This document shows positions 29,192 to 40,879 of a stretch of DNA of 64,000 nucleotides, one piece after another; positions within the stretch are counted from its first letter, which is position 1; every line of letters starts with the position of its first letter. Below the pieces are notes generated by a model, which was not told the origin of the DNA, searched no databases, and saw only the letters and a program-made list of their open reading frames with translations. Made by a program: the position numbers and the translations under genes. The stretch is taken from positions 73,594,001-73,658,000 of the forward strand of contig OX597816.1 of NCBI GenBank assembly GCA_951406725.2, written 5' to 3'. Source of the DNA: Octopus vulgaris. Taxonomy: Eukaryota.

Positions 29192-30306
29192 CACAGCTGA
29201 ACAAAATAATGGAAACACCATAAAATTTCAAACAAATTTATTTTAATATCGGGTAGGACCGCCTTTGGCAGTAATTACAGCTAGAATTCTACGAGATATG
29301 GACTCCTACAAAATTTGAATTGCTTCCAAAGGAATTTTTGTCCATTCTTCAGCTAAATCAGTCTCCAGTTCTTGTAGTGATGATGGTGGAGGTTATCAAC
29401 TCCCGACTTGTTTTTCTAAAATGCACCATAAATATTCAATAATATTGAGATCTGGGGACTGTGGTGGCCAGATAAGATGTTCGACTTCACTAGAATGTTC
29501 CTCGTGCCATTCAGTAACAACTTCAGCTGTGTGAATTGGTGCATCATCATCCTGAAAGATTGCGTTTCCCTCCAGTAACAGTTCTGCAACCATAGGATGT
29601 ATTTGATTAGATAAACTGCTTAAATAGTCTTGACTATTAATTCTGCCATGAGGGGAAACCATTGAGCCGGCGGATTTCCAAGATATAGCCCCCCCAACCA
29701 CCACCACCAGAACCTCCTCCATGTTTAACAGTTGGAAGACGGCAGTCTGGGTCAAATGCTTCTTTTGGCTGTCTCTACACGTATACTCGGCAGGTAGTCG
29801 GAAATAAGGCAAAGAATGACTCGTCCGAGAAAATAACATTCTTCCACTGCTCTAGGAACCAATTCTGTAGGTTTTTACTCAACTCTAAATGCTTTGCAAC
29901 ATTTGTTTTTGAAAGTAGCGGGTTTTTTATTGCAGCGAAACCCCCCCCCCCCCGTGAAATCTGGCTTTGTGCAGCTCCTGGCAAACAGTTCTTATGGATT
30001 CTCGAGGTGGTCTTTAAGCTCTGCAGTAATTTCGGGAACTCTATTTTGTTATCCTTTCTAACAATTCGTGTAAGAGTCCAACAATTTGACCTCCTTGAAA
30101 GTCCGATAGATCTGTTATTTTAATGAATTCTAATTACCTTTTTCCGATGATATCTGAAAAGAAAAAGCAATTTTAGCAAAACATATTAAGCAACAATATT
30201 AATAAATCAAAAACATAAAAATAAATAAGCTTTTGATGGTTTTATAGATATTTCAAAATTATGATACTATGATGCTAGGTGTTTTCATTATTTTGTCCAA
30301 CCCCTG
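29192..30306 (-). mobile_element. Tc1-family DNA transposon, decayed, both TIRs present
   Basis: TIRs (..acaaaataatg(g/a)aaacacc), TA flanks; WKNVIFSDES, FQDDDAPIH, WPPQSPDLNIIE (DD34E). Confidence 0.93.
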
Positions 30307-30324
30307 TAGATATAAATATATGTA

Positions 30325-31846
30325 TGTTTGTATATCAAAAAGTTCCCAGATTAGCTCTGAAGTGCACCAACAAATGGCAACAGACTGTTGCACGTGCACT
30401 GAGAGCTTTGAGTGACCTTCATAAGGTAGTGTGTCGAAGGATATCACTGTGCTTGCTTCGCAAGTTGTGAAATTTGTATTTTTGTGATCATGTGTATGCT
30501 GTAGTCTGCGATTTTGTCATGGACAGGAAGTTGAAACAAAGAGCCAACGTGAAATTTTGCGTTAAACTTGGGAAGTCTGATACAGAGACATTGAGCATGC
30601 GTCGGCAAGCTTACAGCGACAAGGCAATGTTTTGAGTGACATTGGCGCTTCAAAAGCGGAAGAACGCCCTTGGAAGAGGATGAACGATTTGGAAAGACCT
30701 GTCACGAGCTTCACTTCCAGAAATGTGAAGAAAATTCATCCTCTTGCGCATGAGGAACGTAAGAGGAAAATAATTGATATTGGTGATATTGTTGTTCTGT
30801 CGCATGGGCGCGTGCAGGCAATCCTAAAGTCTGAATTGAGCATGCGGCTTGTCTCTGCCTAGTTTGTCCCCTGCCTGCTGACCACTGAGCAGAAACAACA
30901 TCGCGTCGAAGTCTGTCAAGATCTCGGTCCTCAGTCATCCTTCATGTCGAGGACCATCACGGTGAGGAAGCAGTAGTCGTCACAATGGAAGTCTGCTACG
31001 GAGGCATTGAGCATGCTTCGGCAAGGCACGACAGAGCCACAGCTGAATCAAGAGCATGCTCATCTTTTTTTCCGAGATCTGTGGTATTGTACATCGAGAA
31101 TTGGTTCCCCAGGGTCAGACAGGTAATCAAGTGTGCTACTGCAACTTTTTGAAGCGTTTGAGTGAGGACATTCAGCGAAAGCGATTGGATGTATGAAGCA
31201 TAAAGAATTGAATTCTTTACGACGACAATGCCTTTTGTCACCGAGCTCTCCTCACTCGTGATTTTCGCCAGATTTAGCACCTACGGACTTCCATCTCTTC
31301 CTCAAGATGAACATTCAGATCACAGGTTACCGTTTTAACATAATTGTCGAGATCCACAGTGATTTGTAGGTCCTCGACATGCTTACGGAAAATGACTTCC
31401 AGACCGGATTCCAAAATTGGCAGAAACGCTGTGACTAGTGTATTGCTGCACAAGGTGACTATTCCGAGGGAGATGGTACTAAAACTTAGGTAAATAACTT
31501 ATTTTTTTGATAGTATGTTGTCAACTTAATGTGACAGTCCCAGGAGAGGGAAGAATGCTATTGTTATTTAGCCCTAGGTAACACCGTTTGGTGTTTCCTG
31601 AGTCATCATATTTTCAAAGGAGAGAGGAAATATGTCAAGTCCAACAGGAAACGGTGCTTCCTAGGGCTAAATAACAGTAGCATTCTTCCCTTTGATGGGA
31701 CTATCGCTAAGTTGGCAACATCGCTAAGTTGGCAACAAAGAATTCAATTCTTTATCATGCTGCTACTGTATAAATCTTTCTGAGAGATTTAGAAATGTAT
31801 TATTTCTATTTTCAAGTTATTTTTTATTAAACATAACTAGACCAGG

Positions 31847-31850
<4 letters not shown>
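30325..31850 (+). mobile_element. mariner-family transposon, decayed, with nested insertion
   Basis: MDRKLKQRANVKFCVKLGKS HTH start at ~30518; FVPCLLT, HDDNA-like and APTDFHLF remnants; right end resumes at 31814. Confidence 0.88.
31509..31813. mobile_element. Short foldback insertion inside the mariner 3' end
   Basis: Inverted arms ~31516-31588 / 31651-31719; 17-bp tandem duplication tcgctaagttggcaaca; TSD-like aa(c/g)ttatttttt at 31496 and 31814. Confidence 0.7.
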
Positions 31851-31927
<77 letters not shown>

Positions 31928-32228
31928 TATACATATATATATATACATATATACTTACATACATACAAACATACACACATGCGTGTATGTGTCTGTGTAA
32001 CTTATTCAGTATGTTTATAAACAGGGCTGATTTTGGTGTTTCTCTGTAAATTGAAAAGATTATGAAATATAATTGATTTTTCGAATCTTATTAGAATCTC
32101 ACCGGCGGCGTCTGCATCAATTTGGCCAATCCCAGAGAAGCTGTCTGTTTATATACTCCACAATTACAGTAACTACAGAAAACTAGAGCTACTATAAACA
32201 TACATACATACATACATACGTACATACA

Positions 32229-32306
<78 letters not shown>

Positions 32307-32489
32307 CACACACGCACATACACACAAAAAGAGAGAGATAACTGAGAAAGACCTTTGGAGTTTTTGCTGTTTTTTGTTATTTATATTTGATATGTGTGTA
32401 TATGTGTGTTTTGACACATACATACACACAGACACACACACATATATATATATATATATGCATATACATATACATACATATATATATAC

Positions 32490-32530
<41 letters not shown>

Positions 32531-32553
32531 TATACATATATACATATATGTAC

Positions 32554-32585
<32 letters not shown>

Positions 32586-32587
32586 AT

Positions 32588-32644
<57 letters not shown>

Positions 32645-33661
32645 CATACACACACATATATATATATATATTGGATGGGCTTCTGGACAGTTTCCCTGTT
32701 ATCAAATTTCACTCAATGATCTTCAATTTTTGCTACTCATAACTGTAATTGCTATTTTATTGTACTTAAACTATTGTTATTGTACTCGTTAATGTCCTCG
32801 TAAATACAACGACAATGAAACTGTGTTGAATTGAATTAAATTCAACTGGAATTCATTGAATTAAAACAAATATGTTTGCACTAAAGCAAAAGAATACGAA
32901 ACATCCGCCAACGTGAGTGAGTGAGTGCAGTTTTTGACTTTTTAATAATAACCTCTGTTAATATTCTTTCTGAATTGAAAGAGAAAAATACGATACAAAT
33001 AAATTGAATTCAGTCTTTCATAGAATGAATAGGAAAAATCTGTTACAGAAATTAATGTTGAATAGTTGAGAGTTTTACTCCTTTTTCATATTTGATAAAA
33101 TTGACAGAAAGGGAAGTTATCGAGAAAAGAAAACTTTAAAAACAAACACACAACACAACACGAAAAAAAAAAATTTAATCTGCCTCCCAAATTTTATAAT
33201 ACTATTGATTAACGGGGAAGAAATCTAAGATGTTATTTTGTGTTCATTAATTCTGAAAAAATCATTTAGCAGTAGAATGCTAAACCTGCTTTTAACGGAT
33301 AAGAAATAGGCTTAATACCAACCAAGAGTTTTGGCTAAGATAAGGAAATCTGCAGAAAAAGATGAAACGTCACACTGAAAATAAATACATATATATATAA
33401 TCCCATCGATAGTGTTGTTGTTTTTATTGTTCTTCTTGCTGTTACTGTTTATGAACAAGGATGTAGGTTGAGTGGTGTTGTTTTCCTCCTTCTTATCCTA
33501 TTATGGCCATTGCGATTCTTAATTTTGCCGATCGTGTTTCATTATATAATATTGGTATATTTAGTTACGCCCCGTTGACGACCGTGCTCGAATCATACCG
33601 AGGTTCACTTCGCTATGTTTCGTACGTGGTTGGTAAAATAAATATTAGTAGTATACTGTTA

Positions 33662-33986
33662 TGGCTCAGTGGTTAGAGCGTCGAGCTTACGATCGTGAGG
33701 TTGTGAGCTCGAATCCCGGACCGGGCTGCGTGTTGTGTTCTTGAGCAAGGCACTTTATTTCACGTTGCTCCAGTTCACTCAGCTGTAGAAATGAGTTGCG
33801 ACGTCACTGGTGCCAAGCTGTATCGACCTTTGTCTTTCCCTTGGATAACACTGGTGGCGTGGAGAGGGGAGGCTGGTATGCATGGGCGACTGCTGGTCTT
33901 CCATAAACAACCTTGCCCAGACTTGTGTCTAGGAGGGTAACTTTCTAGGTGCAATCCCATGGTCATTCATGACCGAAGGGGGTCTT
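33662..33986 (+). mobile_element. Young SINE family D (tRNA head, CORE/Meta-like central domain)
   Basis: tggctcagtggttagagcg A-box, gctcgaatccc B-box, ttgagcaaggcactt core; TSD tactgtta 33654-33661 / 33987-33994. Confidence 0.92.
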
Positions 33987-34376
33987 TACTGTTAGTAACT
34001 CAATATATTTGACTATAGTTCTTCTTCCTTGCTCCTAAAGCGACATAATGGAAGAGTCTTTAGAGCAGTGGATAGAACTCTCTATAGGATTCGTTCCGGT
34101 TTTCTTAGTTCGAATCCTGCTATAGGCGACACAGATTTTTCTTTCATGTGTGTCTGTGTGTGTGTGGAAATATCAATCCTTTTGTCTTTGTTTACCGTAA
34201 CAAAAATAACGGTGTGTTCGTTTATGGTCCGCATCTTAACGGAGGACAAAACCAGACCGCTGGAATGAGTACCGAACATAGAATTATGTACTCTTGTTGA
34301 TATAATAGATTTAAACCCATTAAAATGATGCCCCAGCATAGATGCAATCCAGTGATTAAAAGAGGTGAAAGTAAAG

Positions 34377-34836
34377 ACAGAGACAGGTAGATAGAAAGAG
34401 GGACAGGTAGACAGACAGAGGGACAGGTAGACAGACAGAGAGACAGGTAGACAGACAGAGGGACAGGTAGACAGACAGAGAGACAGGTAGACAGACAAAG
34501 AGACAGGTAGATAAACAGAGGGACAGGTAGACAGACAGAGGGACAGGTAGACAGACAGAGGGACAAGTAGACAGACAGAGGGACAGGTAGACAGACAGAG
34601 AGACAGGTAGACAGATAGAGAGACAGGTAGACAGACAAAGAGACAGGTAGATAAACAGAGGGACAGGTAGACAGACAGAGGGACAAGTAGACAGACAGAG
34701 AGACAGGTAGACAGACAGAGGGACAGGTAGACAGACAGAGAGACAGGTAGACAGACAGAGGGACAGATAGACAGACAGAGAGACAGGTAGACAGATAGAA
34801 AGGCAGGTAGACAGATAGGGAGACAGGTAGACAGAC
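34377..34836. repeat. 20-bp minisatellite (ggacaggtagacagacagag), ~23 units
   Basis: Directly visible; variant units recur 140 bp apart (34481 vs 34621). Confidence 0.95.
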
Positions 34837-35087
34837 ATGGATAACTCTCTTCAGTTTCGTCAATGTGGATTCGACAGTGTGATGAACGGAATCCCCTACT
34901 CATGGAACTAGCATATAGGTGCCTAAGCATTCCAAGGACAAGCGGTACCCTTAAAATAATTCTCAGGTAGAATCAGCGTGGTACAGTGTTACACTGCTGG
35001 ACCTTTGCATTTCAGGTAAAATCCATCTGACAATCTTCAAAACAGTTTTTATTTACCAAATTTTACTCACAATTTATGGGTCAACAC

Positions 35088-35640
<553 letters not shown>

Positions 35641-36327
35641 AAGATGTATGTAGTTACATATACACCCAATTGACGAATCAGCTTCCACTAAGTGCTATCT
35701 TGCGGTGTAATATAAATAAATAAATCTAAAGGTGCAATGCTACCCCACTTTTTATTTCGTTTTTGATTTGTTTCTGTGGCCATTGTCTTTATTGTTCTCT
35801 CTTTGTGGTATCACCGTGAGAGCACTTTATTTTTTTACAGTTATTATTTACACTGTTTTTTCTGTTTTCTTTCTTTCTTTCTTTTTAGTAATTCCTTACC
35901 ATCGAAAAGAAGATAAGGAGAATGATTTCTATGGCTGTCTTAAGTGATAGGAAAATTAAAAAAAAAAAAAGAAAGGAAGGAAAAACAGAAAACTACTGGT
36001 GCCAGGTGGGTGCATTGAAACAGGAAAGGCGGATCATTAATTTACCCTTATTGGCTTTTGTTTCACTTGATCGGAGCTGTTGGCCCCGGTGTGGTGAGAA
36101 AAATCATTGTCGTCAAAAAGCCACTGTGAGAAAAAAAAAACAGAAATTTATAAAAGCTTATAGCAATCAGCCATTCATAAATATGGCTGACTATAAAAAT
36201 CAAACAATTAGCAAATTTACTTTCAGAAGGGTATATGTATGTGTGTGTGTGTGCGTGTATTTATTTGTGTGTGTGTGCGTGTATTTATTTGTGTGTGTGT
36301 GCGTGTATTTATTTGTGTCTATGAGTG

Positions 36328-36378
<51 letters not shown>

Positions 36379-36425
36379 ATATAGGCATTCATGCATATAT
36401 AGATAAGTATACAAATGTTTGTGAG

Positions 36426-36464
<39 letters not shown>

Positions 36465-36696
36465 ACACGTACGTACATACATATATGTGTGTATGCATAT
36501 ATGGAGATATATATACATACATAAATATATGCGTGCATATGTCTGCATATGAGTAGAGCGGTGAATGCACAATATCTCGCCTTAACTACTTGTCTATCTC
36601 TCTCTATATATATATATGTATGTATATGTACATGTATATAAATATATATATATATATATATGTATATGTATATGTATATAAATATATATATATACA

Positions 36697-36787
<91 letters not shown>

Positions 36788-37191
36788 ATATTTATCACAG
36801 GCATCAGAGTGAATCTAGGGCTGAGAGTTACATATGTTCACACTTATCGAACTAGTTTGATAAGTGCCAACGCACGAAACGGTCAGTCCTTGAATCACTC
36901 TGTTACTTCTGCTAAATATAAATAAAAAATATACATATACTCGTGTTTGGAGTTCTATTTTTTTCCAGTTTGCTTTTCGCATCCCCAAACCTATGTGTGA
37001 GTGTGTGTATGTGTGCGTGTGTGTATCATATATATACACCACACACATATACATTTTTATATGGGCCAATGAACAACAAGCATAGTTTTCAGTTTAACAC
37101 ACAGGGGAAATGGAAATGTTTAATGTTTCGAGTCTACGCTCTTCTACACAAGGGTGAGAGTATATGCATATATATATATATACACACACAC

Positions 37192-37245
<54 letters not shown>

Positions 37246-37248
37246 ATT

Positions 37249-37365
<117 letters not shown>

Positions 37366-37503
37366 CTTTATTAGCCACACACGGCTGAACACAGAGGGGA
37401 CAAATTACAAAGTAGAGCTTTTCTTTTGGGGGGAGAAAAAAAAGAAAAGAAAAACAAAAAAGAAAAAAGTGGGTAGGTTTTCGGTCAAGCGTAAAGTTTA
37501 TAA

Positions 37504-37890
37504 CGTTGCTATTATGTTAAAACGTCCTATGTCCAAATTTGGCCAAATGCATTTTTTACAATATTTAATTTTGCTTCCAGTTGCCGATTCTTTTGGTCAA
37601 GCTATTCTATCTCCCCAATTGCTTCAAATGAAAATTGTCAAATGAAAAGTGTAGTACAACGGTTTAGCATTTTTCAAAAGTGTAGTAAGTCCCACATATG
37701 ACAGTTTTGCAAAAATATTTCTGAGTAAAAATATGATACATGCATGGAGATATAATTACTGCACCCAACAAAGTATTATTGTTAATTTGAAACTGTTGCT
37801 AATCTAAAGAGAAATGGAATGGTGAAACGATTTTCTCGTTTTCTGAAAAAGCAACCTTTTGACTTACGACACTTTTGCATAATAGCAACG
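37504..37890. mobile_element. MITE, ~390 bp
   Basis: TIRs cgttgctattatgttaaaacgtcctatgtccaaa / reverse complement cgttgctattatgcaaaagtgtcgtaagtcaaaa; TA-rich flanks; no ORF. Confidence 0.8.
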
Positions 37891-37927
37891 ATATATATTC
37901 ATATTGTACACTGTATATAGCAATATG

Positions 37928-38247
37928 TGAAGGCCTATGGCTTAGTGGTTAGGGTAATCGGTTCACGATCGTAAGATCGTACGTTTCGGCAGCGCGTTAT
38001 GTCCTTGAGGAAGACACTATATTTCACGTTGCTCCAGTTCACTCAGCTGGAAAAAGAGCTGCATCTGTAATTCAAAGGGCCAGCCTTGTCATATCTCGTG
38101 TCACGCGGAATCTTCCAGAGAACTACGTTAAAGATACGCGCGTCTGTGGGGTGCTCAGCCACTTGCGCGTTAATTTCCGGAGCAGGCTGTTCTGTTGATT
38201 GGATCAACTGGAACCAACATCATCGTCGTAACCGACGGAGTGCCATT
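37928..38247 (+). mobile_element. SINE, family D head with different 3' tail
   Basis: tggcttagtggttaggg head, tttcacgttgctccagttcactcagctg core, tail cgtcgtaaccgacggagtgcca; TSD tagcaata 37918-37925 / 38248-38255. Confidence 0.88.
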
Positions 38248-38261
38248 TAGCAATACACTTT

Positions 38262-38445
38262 AACTCTTTTACTTGTTTCAGTCATTTCACTGCGGCCATG
38301 CTGGAGCACCGCCTTTAGCCGAGCAAATCGACCCCAGGACTTATTCTTTGTAAACCTGGTACTTATTCTATCGGTCTCTTAGTGCCGAACCGCTAAGTTA
38401 CGGAGACGTAACACACCGGGGAGAAACACAGACACACAAACATAT

Positions 38446-38505
<60 letters not shown>

Positions 38506-38665
38506 GACGGGCTTCTTTCAGTCTCCGTCCACCAAATCCACTCACAAGTCTTTGGTCAGCCCAAGGCTATAGTAGAAGACACTTGCCCAAGGTACCACGC
38601 AGTGGGACTGAACCCGGAACCATGTGGTTGATAAGCTAGCTACTTACTACACACCTACTCCTGCG

Positions 38666-38668
<3 letters not shown>
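38262..38668 (-). mobile_element. SINE family A, full length
   Basis: Minus strand aggcgcaggagtagg.. to ..ggcggtgctccagcatggccgcagtgaaatgactgaaacaagtaaaagagt. Confidence 0.93.
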
Positions 38669-38717
<49 letters not shown>

Positions 38718-38927
38718 CGTGTGTCAAATAGATATTTGTATTCATCATTATAAATATTAAGCTTCCATTTATACAGACAAGCATATATAAGTGTGAGAAT
38801 TTCATTATTCATGTATGCGTACATTTCTGTATAAATGTGAAATATATACGCCGTTCTTCATATGACTATATGCAAATATATGCAGACTGCTTTAGGTCTA
38901 CTTGTAAATATGTGCGTATGCACACAT

Positions 38928-38958
<31 letters not shown>

Positions 38959-39089
38959 AATATACGTATGTGTGTGTATGTGTGTTTATATATAAGAGTA
39001 GGTGTGTGTTCTGGAAGATTAAACAGAAATTATCAGTAATGAAAGCGGTACTTGTATTGCTCATTCTTATATTTACATATTACAAACAC

Positions 39090-39127
<38 letters not shown>

Positions 39128-39367
39128 GCACGCACACACACGCACACACACACACACACACACACGCACACACACAAATATCTATGTACTTATATACATT
39201 TATATATGCATGTAATGTATATGCAAATACTTATTAACTCGTGTGAGTGTGTGTGTTTGTCATATATATATATATATATATATATTATACGTTTGTGTGA
39301 ATGTATGTATATGTATATGTATATATATATGCATACATTTATATGTACATGCATTTATTTCTCTCTC

Positions 39368-39452
<85 letters not shown>

Positions 39453-39480
39453 GTATATATATATACATACATATACATAC

Positions 39481-39539
<59 letters not shown>

Positions 39540-40159
39540 GACAATTCTCCTGCAATCTGGAAGTATCCTTCCAGAAACCATTACTCTCTCTATATCGATA
39601 TTCAGAAATGCCTTAATCAATACCAGTCGTTAATATTTCCGCTCCATAGGACAATGGCTACTTGTCTGGCTATTGTTCTACTCTTGGACACCTTCTACTG
39701 TACTGGTACCAGCTACGATTGTTGCTGCACCTATGGAAGCCATTGTGGTCACTGGGCTGCAATACTTAGCTTTACGAACACAACGAATCAACCCGATTCT
39801 CTTTCTCTTTTTATTTGACTGCCCCTCCTCTTAATGTCTTTTTTTTTATTTCTGTTTGGTTTCCTTTCACAAACACACACATATACACACAAACACACAT
39901 GTACATATATATAATATAGTTATTTATATTTACATATACCTGTCCGTGTGTGTGTGTGTGTGTGTGCTTCTGTGCGTGTGCATCTGTGTGTGTGTGTGCT
40001 TCTGCTTGTGTGCTTCTGTTTGTGTGTCCGATCAAGTCTAACAGGCCGAAGCTTCGAACTCACTGTCAGCCCTCTTCTTATAAACGTTCAAAAACCAGTT
40101 TAATGTTAAATTGTTTTATATATAATTTGACGTAAAGACAAACATGTGTCTCTATGTAC

Positions 40160-40450
<291 letters not shown>

Positions 40451-40454
40451 ATCA

Positions 40455-40864
40455 ATAACACAGCAACGAGAATTTGCATGATAATGGACGTAGCGTGTCC
40501 CGGTGACAACTGGATCAGTGAGATTGAAGAAAAAGCGAACAACTTTGACGAATTGAAGTGGAAAAATACGAAGTTTGTGAGCAATGAAGAGAGTAGACGT
40601 GAAACCGGTAGTAAATGGCGCACTCTGAAGTATCAGCACTCAACAACGAACAAGGCTCAAAGACATTGGTACAAATATTAAGATAGAACACCTACAAAAA
40701 TCAGCATTGCTCAGAACTGCAACAGTTCTCCGTAGGGTCTTGAAGCTTGATCAGTAAACAAGTGTCACCTTAGTCTACTGGCTGCGGGCAGCTGACACTT
40801 TCCATCATACGCAGCAAAATAAGCTGAGAGTTTTCATCAAATAATAATAATAATAATAATAATA
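40455..40864 (+). mobile_element. 3' end of an R4/Dong-type LINE (restriction-like endonuclease domain, 3'UTR, TAA tail)
   Basis: CMIMDVACPGDN..EEK..ELKW / VDVKPVVNGAL*SI..HLQKSALLRTATVLRRVLEA*; ends in (TAA)n. Confidence 0.85.
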
Positions 40865-40879
40865 AATCAATTATTCATA

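Noticed and set aside
33662-33730. tRNA gene (also 15871 and 57912)
   Set aside because: A/B boxes present but no intact acceptor stem; continues into SINE body, with a TSD at 33662
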